Positions 8,897 to 16,853 of a stretch of DNA of 44,269 bases are shown here, piece after piece. Within the stretch, counting starts at the first letter, position 1. Every line of letters starts with the position of its first letter. Below the pieces are notes generated by a model, which was not told the DNA's origin, made no database searches, and saw only the letters and a program-made list of their open reading frames with translations. Source of the stretch: a virus; the IMG/VR virus record IMGVR_UViG_3300029305_001256; one strand, written 5' to 3'. Made by a program: the position numbers and the translations under genes.

Positions 8897-10122
8897 GCTT
8901 ATTTGAGGATCGTACCTTTGAAAACTTGCTTGCAAGTGCACTTGCAAGGGTAAGCCCCACCCTGGATAAGAGGGAGGGCTCCCTCGTGTATAACGGCAAT
9001 GCCCCGGCAATGGCAGAGCTGGCACAGTTATACATTGGCCTGGACTTTGTTTTTACGGCCACTTATATTGCCACCGCACCCCGTGAGTACCTTATTGAGC
9101 GTGCAAAGGACCGTGGTATGGAGCCCAAAGCGGCAAGTGCTGCGGTATTCCGTGCAGAGTTTAATATTGAGGTGCCCGCGGGTGCACGCTTTTCCTGTGA
9201 GGATCTTAACTTTTATGTGGCAGAGCGTATGCCTACCGATGAGGACACGGCAACCGGCTTGAGCCATAAGGTTATTTGCGAAACCGCCGGCACGGTGGCC
9301 AATGACTACACCGGGGCACTTATCCCCATTGAGTACATTGACGGGCTGGCATCCGCAAACCTCGTTGAGCTGCTTATCCCTGGCGATGATGAGGAGGATA
9401 CGGAGGTATTTAGGCAAAGGATCCTGGATGCCCTCCAATCACAGGCGTTTGGTGGAAACCAAGCAGATTACAAGCAAAAAGTTTTGAGCATTGATGGTGT
9501 GGCCGCCGTTAAGGTACACCCCGTATGGAACGCTGACACGCCCCCTGCTGCCTTTATTCCCTCCGAGGCGGTACAGGCGTGGTTTAATGACGGTATGGAT
9601 GGTGTAACCGATACGGCGGCAAAGGAATGGCTCACAGCCATTTACAACGCTGCCATCAATAAAAAGCTAACGGTGGGCGGCACGGTCCGCTTGGTGGTTA
9701 TGGCTGCCAACAATTCTGCACCCTCGGAGCTTTTGCTTGAAACCGTACAAACCACTATTGATCCCACGCAAAATGCCGGTGAGGGTATGGGGCTTGCCCC
9801 CATTGGCCACATCGTTAAGGTGGATGGTGTTAAGCTCCAAACCATTAACATTACCACCAACATTGTGCTTACGGCAGGCTGGGTGTGGGCCAACGCAAAG
9901 CCCTACATTGAGGAGGTTATTGATAACTATTTCAATGAGCTTGCCGAGGCCTGGGAAAGCAGCACCAACCTGGTTGTGCGTATTTCCCAAATTGAAAGCC
10001 GGATCCTGCAAGAGTGCTCCGCTTTTGTTATGGATATATACGGCACGCAGATCAATGGCGGCAATGCCAATATAACACTCGGTGAGGACTACATCCCCGT
10101 GCGAGGTGTTATAAATGAATGA
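8893..10122 (+). CDS. Baseplate J-like protein (XkdT-like)
   Basis: A 409-aa ORF. Size, position and sequence character fit the baseplate J family. Confidence 0.75.
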   Translation: MSLFEDRTFENLLASALARVSPTLDKREGSLVYNGNAPAMAELAQLYIGLDFVFTATYIATAPREYLIERAKDRGMEPKAASAAVFRAEFNIEVPAGARFSCEDLNFYVAERMPTDEDTATGLSHKVICETAGTVANDYTGALIPIEYIDGLASANLVELLIPGDDEEDTEVFRQRILDALQSQAFGGNQADYKQKVLSIDGVAAVKVHPVWNADTPPAAFIPSEAVQAWFNDGMDGVTDTAAKEWLTAIYNAAINKKLTVGGTVRLVVMAANNSAPSELLLETVQTTIDPTQNAGEGMGLAPIGHIVKVDGVKLQTINITTNIVLTAGWVWANAKPYIEEVIDNYFNELAEAWESSTNLVVRISQIESRILQECSAFVMDIYGTQINGGNANITLGEDYIPVRGVINE

Positions 10123-10735
10123 TAGAAAATTGATTGACTACCTCCCGCCTGTATTGCAGGCCGTGCTTGAGTATGTGCAGATAACTGCCGCACAGCAACC
10201 GGAGTTTGAGCTGGCTTGGGATGCCCTTAACTTTGTTATGGATAATCAATTTATTGATACCGCAACCGAGGAGGGCGTTGCAGTATGGGAAAAGGAGCTC
10301 AACATTGTACCCCTTAATACGGAAACGCTGGAGGAGCGTAAACAGCGTATAAAAACCGCCTGGACCTATGGCGTGGTTTATACCTATAATTGGCTGGTGA
10401 ATTGGTTAAAAACCTCCTGCGGTGATACACGCCGCTTGCCCACCATCAATGATTACACCCTCCGTGTAGCGTTGCCCGTTTCTGTTGACTACATAAGAAT
10501 TTTGGAGGATATGAGGCGGTATATATCGGCCAATGTGCTTATAGATCCCCTCATCCTGCTTACCAAAATTGATATGACACACTATGTGGGTGCTGCTTTC
10601 CGGCACTCGGTGCGCCAGACGATGCAAACACCGGCGTGGGATATGGATAACATAAACCTGCTTACCGATGAAAACGGCATCGTGCTTATGGAGGAGGCAG
10701 GCAGCAAAATACTTTATGAGGAGGTTGTTGTATGA
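10115..10735 (+). CDS. Baseplate/tail-fibre attachment protein (XkdU / P2 gpI-like position)
   Basis: A 206-aa ORF overlapping the J-like gene and the fibre gene. Confidence 0.55.
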   Translation: MNDRKLIDYLPPVLQAVLEYVQITAAQQPEFELAWDALNFVMDNQFIDTATEEGVAVWEKELNIVPLNTETLEERKQRIKTAWTYGVVYTYNWLVNWLKTSCGDTRRLPTINDYTLRVALPVSVDYIRILEDMRRYISANVLIDPLILLTKIDMTHYVGAAFRHSVRQTMQTPAWDMDNINLLTDENGIVLMEEAGSKILYEEVVV

Positions 10736-12015
10736 CACCTAATTTAACAGATGCCGGCAAAAATCTTTTGCTCCGGGCATTAACAGGTGAAACCATCACC
10801 TTTACCAAAATACAGCTTGGTAACGGTCCTGCTCAAGATGCGAAAGCGGCAACGGGGCTGGTAAACCCCCTGCTTACTGTTGAGCTTTCCAAAATGGAGG
10901 TTGGCCAGGAATATGTTACCCTTACAGCTGCTTTTACCAACGGTACCGTTGTGAGTGGTTTTCATATCACGGAGGCAGGTTTTTATGCCAAGGATCCGGA
11001 TGATGAAACCAAAGAGCTTTTGTACGCCCTCGGCAACGAGGATGAAAGCACCGCAGACTATGTACCGAATAACGCAAACCGCATCCTGGAAATGGAGTTT
11101 AATGCTCTGCTTTTCGTGGGCGATGCGGAAAATGTGGCGGCGGCTATTAACAGCTCCCTTGTTTATGCCTCTGCTGCTGACCTTGAGGCACACACCGGAA
11201 ATGTGGAAAACCCGCACGGCGTTACAAAGGAGCAGGTGGGGCTCGGCAATGTTCCCAACAAGAGCACCAACGATCAAACCCCTACCTATGAAACCGCAAC
11301 ATCCTTTGCAACCCTTACCTCCGGTGAAAAGTTAAGCACCGCCTTTGGAAAAATCAAGCTGGCGATCACCAACCTTATTAACCACATTAGTAACAGGAGC
11401 AACCCGCACGGTGTAACAGCCGCACAGGTAAATGCGGCGGCAAAGGCTCATACGCACAATGCCACCGACATTAACGCAGGTACGGTGCCCGTTGCCCGTG
11501 GTGGCACAGGTGCAAGCTCTTTCCCATCCGGTGCTTTGGTGCGTGGTACGGGTGGCGCATCGCTTAACTATTTACAGGGTGCAGGTGCTTTATACTCACC
11601 CTCTACCGGCAACCCTCGATTTGGTACCCTGCCCATTTCTATGGGTGGCACGGGCGTTACTACGCTTAATGCGTTGCTTGAACTCGTTGCACAAAACCTT
11701 TTTGTTACCGGTATGTATGACGGTAACGGATCTGCGGGCCGTGTAATTGATCTGGGCTTTACCCCCAAAGCGGTATTGCTTTTTGATGCCGAGGGTAATA
11801 CCCACGATGATGTTGACGATCTGCACGGCGGCTTGGCATTGCGTAATTACAATGTTATCAGCCGTAATGCCTCTAATACTTACACCACAACCTGGAGCAA
11901 TACATATTGCGTGCTGGGCATCGTGAGTGGCGGTTTTAGAGTGAACTACAACAGCGGCCAGGAAATACGCTCCAACGAAAACGGCCACCGTTATTATTAC
12001 ATTGCATTTAGATAA
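10732..12015 (+). CDS. Tail fibre protein
   Basis: A 427-aa ORF with repeated fibre-type motifs (NPHGVTKEQVGLGNV..., NPHGVTAAQVNAA..., VARGGTGA, MGGTGV). Confidence 0.7.
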   Translation: MTPNLTDAGKNLLLRALTGETITFTKIQLGNGPAQDAKAATGLVNPLLTVELSKMEVGQEYVTLTAAFTNGTVVSGFHITEAGFYAKDPDDETKELLYALGNEDESTADYVPNNANRILEMEFNALLFVGDAENVAAAINSSLVYASAADLEAHTGNVENPHGVTKEQVGLGNVPNKSTNDQTPTYETATSFATLTSGEKLSTAFGKIKLAITNLINHISNRSNPHGVTAAQVNAAAKAHTHNATDINAGTVPVARGGTGASSFPSGALVRGTGGASLNYLQGAGALYSPSTGNPRFGTLPISMGGTGVTTLNALLELVAQNLFVTGMYDGNGSAGRVIDLGFTPKAVLLFDAEGNTHDDVDDLHGGLALRNYNVISRNASNTYTTTWSNTYCVLGIVSGGFRVNYNSGQEIRSNENGHRYYYIAFR

Positions 12016-12017
12016 GA

Positions 12018-12027
12018 GGGGGGGGGG
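12018..12027 (+). repeat. G10 homopolymer, intergenic, acting as the Shine-Dalgarno region of CDS 12037
   Basis: The sequence reads TAA GA GGGGGGGGGG TAAAGTGAT ATG. Confidence 0.9.
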
Positions 12028-12036
12028 TAAAGTGAT

Positions 12037-12261
12037 ATGATTACAAAACTCAAAGAGGGTAACACCTATGTTGTTGACAATGAGGGCATTTATACGGAGT
12101 TTATCTGCGATGAGCCCGCCGATGTGCTGAACTTGCCAACGGGTGCAAATTCCTCCAGCCTTGACAGGCCACGCCCCGGTAGCACGGCGGTTATCACCAG
12201 CACCCAAGAGGTGTATGTGCTTACCAATCAGCGTGTATGGGTTGCACTTGTAGAGGGGTGA
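12037..12261 (+). CDS. Hypothetical protein (tail-fibre module)
   Basis: A 74-aa ORF preceded by the G-rich SD. Confidence 0.5.
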   Translation: MITKLKEGNTYVVDNEGIYTEFICDEPADVLNLPTGANSSSLDRPRPGSTAVITSTQEVYVLTNQRVWVALVEG

Positions 12262-12265
12262 TAAT

Positions 12266-12451
12266 ATGGCAAATATGGCTGTGTTAAAGCCCTTACCCCA
12301 AGACAATAACCCCATAACCCTTTTGCTTATGCGTAAAGGTAAAAGCAAGGTTATTGAGCCGCCTGCCGGCTCCGTATTCCTTGCTGACGAAAACAACAGG
12401 CTCCTCCGTGATGAACGGGGAGCCTATTTAATTGAAAACAAGGAGGACTAA
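12266..12451 (+). CDS. Hypothetical protein (tail-fibre module)
   Basis: A 61-aa ORF, tightly packed between its neighbours. Confidence 0.45.
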   Translation: MANMAVLKPLPQDNNPITLLLMRKGKSKVIEPPAGSVFLADENNRLLRDERGAYLIENKED

Positions 12452-12457
12452 ACCACT

Positions 12458-14233
12458 ATGGCAAATACTGTTTCGGTTGTTGAAAAACCCATCCCCGAAA
12501 AAGTAAGCAAAGAGGCTTATGTGCTCGGCATCCAGGATGATGGATCCGGCAAGCAAGCCCTTTACCGCTTGCCCCTTAATGAGGTGCGTGCAAACGGTGC
12601 AAATGACCTGTTTATTATCCCGGCTCTTATTGAGCAGTACGGTACCAAGCAGGCATTTACCGTGTTTGTAAACGCTAATGCCGAATATGACAGCCTCACC
12701 AACCTTGCGGATCGTTTCTTTAAGGCTGCGGCCTCGGCGGTTACGCAAACCTATACCTCACAATTTTACCGCTATAACACCAGCAACAGCTCCCTTGGTA
12801 CCAAGATGGCTGACAATGAGGGGCTTGTTTGTACCCCCTCCACCATTGCCACCGCCGGCCAGGATGATTATGCAGACCTCCCGCTTTTCGCTTGCTTTGA
12901 TATTAACTATATCATTGACAGCGTAAGCCTTGAGCCGGTAATTATCGCCATCAAGGATGTTTACGGGCCCTTTACCTCCACGCCCACCGAGAGCTTGGTT
13001 GGCGTGCTCCAAATGACGGGCTGGGTACGCCGCAGCGGTGATGATACCACCAAAACCGTTGAATACAGAGCACAGCAGGCGGCAGGCTTTAAGCCTTTGC
13101 CGGAGGGTGTAAAGGTTGACGGCAGCGTGCGTGGTTATGTTATCCACGCCAAGTATGCCGCAGGCTTGGATGCAAACGGTTTGCTTTCCAGCATTTCCGG
13201 CGTACAGCCTGCGACCTCAAGATCCGGATCCCAGGGCTCAAAGAGTATCAGCCACGATGGGCAAATTGCTTTGTGGCGTGCCCGTGGCAACCAGTACAGC
13301 GGTGCCTCCCTTTGCGACCACGCATTTTTGCAGCTTATGCTTGAGATCAAATATGCTGACCTCGGCAACGCTGTTAAAATGGCCGGCTGTCGCAGTTACA
13401 GCACCAGCTATGCCGCCGCTGTTTCCGAGAACGGTGTAAACCGCATTGTGCTTACTGCATCGCAGGGTGCTTATTATGTGGTTGGCTCCCGTGTTTCTAT
13501 CGGTACCAGCAATGACCGTGCAAAAGCAACCTGCTACGATGTGCACGATATTGCCACCGTTGCCAGCATTGAGGATGTAACCATTAACGGCACCGCCTAC
13601 AAGGCCGTTTATTTAGCCACAGAGGATATTTTCGATGTGGTGGCGGGTACAACCTACATCACCCCGCAGCCGTGGGCTACGGGCAGCACAGACAGCGTAC
13701 CGGGCAATGACGGCAGCCCTACCAACAACACCAACGGCAAAGAGCCCTTTAAGATCCAGGGCATTGAGGTTATGCTTGGTATGTACGAGGTGCCCGGCGG
13801 CGTTAAGCTGAATGAGGACACGGAAAAGTACACCGTATATGCAAACCGTTTGGCCGCTGATATTGTGGCAGGCGGTACCATCAACGATGGTTATTTTATC
13901 CTTGGAACTATCCCCAAAGAGGAGGCGGCAGCGTGGAAATACAACGCCGAGCTCAACTGGGATGCCAATGACCAGGATGCTTATATGCTTGGCCAGCAGT
14001 TTGAGGGCGGCTCCACAACGGGCTACCGATCCGCTACATACCGAGATGCGGCAGCAACTACCGGTTGGCGTGAGTGGCGGGCTTTCGGTGGTTTGGTCAA
14101 TGGCGGGTACAGCGGTTTGGCTTGCGCTAGTTTGTACGGTGGCCTCGGCAATGCTGACTGGCACATCGGCGCCCGCTCGTCTGGCACCTCCGGTAATAGG
14201 GGTGAATATACGGCGGCGCAGGCCGCCGTATAG
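12458..14233 (+). CDS. DGR target protein: tail-fibre/receptor-binding-module protein carrying the variable repeat in its C-terminus
   Basis: A 591-aa ORF. Its last ~50 codons (...WRAFGGLVNGGYSGLACASLYGGLGNADWHIGARSSG...) align to the template repeat, with differences at template adenines. Confidence 0.85.
   Translation: MANTVSVVEKPIPEKVSKEAYVLGIQDDGSGKQALYRLPLNEVRANGANDLFIIPALIEQYGTKQAFTVFVNANAEYDSLTNLADRFFKAAASAVTQTYTSQFYRYNTSNSSLGTKMADNEGLVCTPSTIATAGQDDYADLPLFACFDINYIIDSVSLEPVIIAIKDVYGPFTSTPTESLVGVLQMTGWVRRSGDDTTKTVEYRAQQAAGFKPLPEGVKVDGSVRGYVIHAKYAAGLDANGLLSSISGVQPATSRSGSQGSKSISHDGQIALWRARGNQYSGASLCDHAFLQLMLEIKYADLGNAVKMAGCRSYSTSYAAAVSENGVNRIVLTASQGAYYVVGSRVSIGTSNDRAKATCYDVHDIATVASIEDVTINGTAYKAVYLATEDIFDVVAGTTYITPQPWATGSTDSVPGNDGSPTNNTNGKEPFKIQGIEVMLGMYEVPGGVKLNEDTEKYTVYANRLAADIVAGGTINDGYFILGTIPKEEAAAWKYNAELNWDANDQDAYMLGQQFEGGSTTGYRSATYRDAAATTGWREWRAFGGLVNGGYSGLACASLYGGLGNADWHIGARSSGTSGNRGEYTAAQAAV
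14074..14184 (+). repeat. DGR variable repeat (VR)
   Basis: Aligns without gaps over 111 nt to 14295..14405. There are 16 mismatches, 13 of them opposite TR adenines. Confidence 0.9.
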
Positions 14234-14250
14234 AGGGGCGTTAGCCCCTC
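14211..14250 (+). other. Two adjacent GC-rich hairpins, each with a 7-bp stem and 4-nt loop, just 3' of the VR
   Basis: CGGCGGC-GCAG-GCCGCCG at 14211..14228 and GAGGGGC-GTTA-GCCCCTC at 14233..14250. Both stems are perfect. The second starts on the last base of the stop codon. Confidence 0.7.
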
Positions 14251-14294
14251 ATAAAGGGATGTACTGTGGACCCTCGTGCCCTTTGTCCTATGTT

Positions 14295-14405
14295 GTGGCA
14301 GGCTTTCGGTAATTTGAACAATGGCGGCAACAGCGGTTTGGCTTACGCTAATTTGAACAATGGCCTCGGCAATGCTAACTGGAACATCGGCGCCCGCTTT
14401 TCTGG
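14295..14405 (+). repeat. DGR template repeat (TR)
   Basis: An adenine-rich copy of the VR with 24 A, mostly in AAC/AAT codons. The 72-aa ORF 14266..14484 over it is the shadow of this repeat. Confidence 0.9.
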
Positions 14406-14492
14406 TAGATATTTATTTTTATTACGCAGTACATTTATGGCGGCTCTGCTGCCATACGGGGTAACACCTGCCTTGGGCTCATAACCCAAAAA

Positions 14493-15716
14493 TTGAGATA
14501 TAACCGGCACCGTAAGGAGGGGCGGTATTACAAGGCCGCCCCTGGGGTTAGTAGAGAAAACCGAAAGCCCTTGTGCTCACCAGACGATATAAAGGAGGGG
14601 TTACTTATCAAGACCTATTGCAAAAATATTGATATAACAAACCCCGATGTGATAGAGCCCTGGGTGCACCTCTGCATCACGGATCCCAAAAAGCGAAACC
14701 GCCCAGGTTTTAAGCGTTTGGTTGCCAAATACGGAGGTGCCCACGGCATTGCGGTTGAGATCACGGAGCGAATAAAAGCCCGTGATCTTGCTTTGCCGCC
14801 TATACATTATCGTAACCGGGTTGATAAGAGCAGCGGAAAAGAACGCAGGCTCGGTATTGAGAGTGCTATGCAGCAATGTATGAATTATGTTGCAGTTTAC
14901 GCACTTATGCCTATGTTAAAGGCAAAGGTTGGCCAATTCCAATGTGCAAGCATACCGGAGCGTGGCCAAATTTACGGTAAAAAGGTGCTTGAGAAATGGA
15001 TCCGCAAAGATCCCAAAGGCACTAAATATTATGACAAAATGGATGTGCGGCATTGCTTTGAAAGCATCAAGTGCCGCACGGTCCGCAAACTGCTTGAGCG
15101 TGATATACACAAAAACCCTACACTTATATGGTTTGTATGTGCTTTGGTTGACACATACGAGGATGGGCTTTCAATAGGCAGCTTTTTGAGCCAATGGCTG
15201 TGTAACTATGTTATGAGCTACGCATACCACTACGCCACGGAGCAGCTTTACAAAGAACGCCGGGGCAAGCGTAAAAACCTTGTTACCCACCTGCTTATGT
15301 TTATGGATGATGTGTATATGACCTCCGGCTCAAAGCGTGATCTTAAAATGGCAGGCAAGCAATTTGAGGAGTACCTGCTTACCCGCTTGGGGCTTTGCAT
15401 AAAGCCTAACCACCACATTAAGGAAACGGCAAAGGAGCCACCGGATATGATGGGCTTTGTTGTTTCCAAAGAGTGCACCACCATAAGAGCCCGCACCTTT
15501 GTACGGGCACGCAGGGCACTTATAAGGGCCTGGAGGCGTATGCAGGCTGGGCTGTGTATTTACATACAAAACGCCCGCCGCATTGTTTCATACCGTGGCT
15601 ATTTTAAGCACACCAACTCCCAAAAGGTGGCTGCGACCTTGCACCTCAAAGAGGTGTTTAGAACTGCACGCAAAACAATAAGTAATTTTTCAAAGAGAGG
15701 AATGGTACCAGTATGA
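14493..15716 (+). CDS. DGR reverse transcriptase (5' boundary uncertain)
   Basis: RT motifs are present: ...GKERRLGIESAMQQC..., DVRHCFESI, the DGR-type LSIGSFLSQ (I/LGxxxSQ), and FMDDVY (YxDD class). A strong AAGGAGG at 14592..14598 suggests the real start lies near 14600 rather than at TTG 14493. Confidence 0.85.
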   Translation: MRYNRHRKEGRYYKAAPGVSRENRKPLCSPDDIKEGLLIKTYCKNIDITNPDVIEPWVHLCITDPKKRNRPGFKRLVAKYGGAHGIAVEITERIKARDLALPPIHYRNRVDKSSGKERRLGIESAMQQCMNYVAVYALMPMLKAKVGQFQCASIPERGQIYGKKVLEKWIRKDPKGTKYYDKMDVRHCFESIKCRTVRKLLERDIHKNPTLIWFVCALVDTYEDGLSIGSFLSQWLCNYVMSYAYHYATEQLYKERRGKRKNLVTHLLMFMDDVYMTSGSKRDLKMAGKQFEEYLLTRLGLCIKPNHHIKETAKEPPDMMGFVVSKECTTIRARTFVRARRALIRAWRRMQAGLCIYIQNARRIVSYRGYFKHTNSQKVAATLHLKEVFRTARKTISNFSKRGMVPV

Positions 15717-16081
15717 TTACAAAAGCGTATTTTACAGAACGCCCGGAAAGTATCAAGTTTATGCCTTTGCCCTCCGGGGATGCAGATCTCTGGTTGCGTA
15801 AAAACATTGCCGAGATTACGGATCCGGAAACCAACGAGGTAAGCTATGAGGCCGATGAGGCATATATGCGTACCGATGCCACCAAGGCTGAGATTGAGGC
15901 AGATTTTGAGGGCTGGTTTGAAACCGCCAGCGAATGGCAGCCCACACAGCCCACACCTGCACCCGGCACCGAGGATGAGCGTATTACCGCCCTTGAGGGC
16001 GAGGTGGAAACCTTAAAGGTTGAAAACGCCGCACTCAAGGAGGAATTGCAGGCAACAAAAATTATTTTGGGGGTGGACTAA
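15713..16081 (+). CDS. Acidic coiled-coil protein of the tail-fibre/lysis junction (XkdW-position hypothetical)
   Basis: A 122-aa ORF with an ATGA overlap to the RT stop. The C-terminus is coiled-coil (LEGEVETLKVENAALKEELQ). Confidence 0.5.
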   Translation: MITKAYFTERPESIKFMPLPSGDADLWLRKNIAEITDPETNEVSYEADEAYMRTDATKAEIEADFEGWFETASEWQPTQPTPAPGTEDERITALEGEVETLKVENAALKEELQATKIILGVD

Positions 16082-16492
16082 ATGACACTTGTTGAATATG
16101 CAATGCAGTTACGCCCCCTCATTGAAAAGGCGGCACAAAGCCTGCCGGATGAGGATGCTCTTAACGGCGTTGCTTTATTTCCCCATTGGGCCGTTGGTGT
16201 AGATTACACCGCCGGCCAAAAGGTGCAGTATGATGGCGTGCTTTACACCGTACTGCAACCTCATACATCACAAGAAACCTGGAGCCCCGCAGCTGCACCC
16301 AGCCTCTTTGCAAAGGTACTGATCCCCGATCCTACGGTGATCCCCGAATGGGAACAGCCGGACAGCACAAACGCATACAAAAAGGGTGATAAAGTACGCT
16401 ATAACGGCGTGGTTTATGAAAGCCTTATTGATGGGAATGTGTGGAGCCCGGAGGCTTACCCTGCCGGTTGGCGTGTGGTTGAGGAGGGTTAA
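16082..16492 (+). CDS. Carbohydrate-binding protein (two CBM5/12-like repeats)
   Basis: Two repeats of the Y..G..V.Y.G..Y....H.S...W.P pattern: YTAGQKVQYDGVLYTVLQPHTSQETWSP and AYKKGDKVRYNGVVYESLIDGNVWSPEAYP. Confidence 0.55.
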   Translation: MTLVEYAMQLRPLIEKAAQSLPDEDALNGVALFPHWAVGVDYTAGQKVQYDGVLYTVLQPHTSQETWSPAAAPSLFAKVLIPDPTVIPEWEQPDSTNAYKKGDKVRYNGVVYESLIDGNVWSPEAYPAGWRVVEEG

Positions 16493-16495
16493 GCC

Positions 16496-16837
16496 TTGTA
16501 TGTAGATGCACAAACCATTATAACGGCGGGGGCGGTATTAACCGCCCTCATCGCATTTATCACCCTTGCCTGGAAACTTTTTCAATGGATCAACAGCGTT
16601 AAAGAGCTCAAGCAAGAGGTGGCAAGCCTCAAGACAAAGCACGATGAGGATATTAAGGCAGTAAAGAATATGCACAACCACGATCGTGATGGCATCCAGG
16701 AGGAGCAAACCCTGGTTGTGTACGGTTTGCTTGCCTGCCTTAAAGGCCTTGCAGAGCAGGGCTGCGATGGCCCCGTTTCCGAGGCTATTGACCGTATAGA
16801 AAAACATATCAACAAAAAGGCCCACGGCCAAGAATAA
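16496..16837 (+). CDS. Membrane-anchored coiled-coil protein of the lysis cassette (possible holin partner)
   Basis: TTG start 7 nt after GAGGAGGG. There is one N-terminal hydrophobic helix (IITAGAVLTALIAFITLAW) followed by a charged helical region. Confidence 0.4.
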   Translation: MYVDAQTIITAGAVLTALIAFITLAWKLFQWINSVKELKQEVASLKTKHDEDIKAVKNMHNHDRDGIQEEQTLVVYGLLACLKGLAEQGCDGPVSEAIDRIEKHINKKAHGQE

Positions 16838-16853
16838 TAAGGAGGTTTTCCCT

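Noticed and set aside
10732-12015. A second DGR variable region in the other tail-fibre gene or elsewhere.
   Set aside because: I found no second copy of the conserved TR/VR 3' block (TGGNACATCGGCGCCCGC) or of the GGCAATGC core anywhere else by eye. A scripted search is still advisable.
14266-14484. A 72-aa ORF (MDPRALCPMLWQAFGNLNNGGNSGLAYANLNNGLGNANWNIGARFSG...) that looks like a paralogue of the fibre-protein C-terminus.
   Set aside because: It is the translation of the DGR template repeat. It has no RBS, a GTG start and an Asn-rich (AAC/AAT) composition, and it ends in AT-rich non-coding sequence. It is called as the TR, not as a gene.
15713-16081. The ORF translationally coupled to the RT stop, considered as the missing DGR accessory protein (Avd).
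   Set aside because: It is strongly acidic, has a proline-rich linker and a C-terminal coiled coil, and resembles the conserved hypothetical that follows tail-fibre genes in PBSX-like modules. It does not look like a basic four-helix bundle. It is kept as hypothetical, and the question is left open in the findings.
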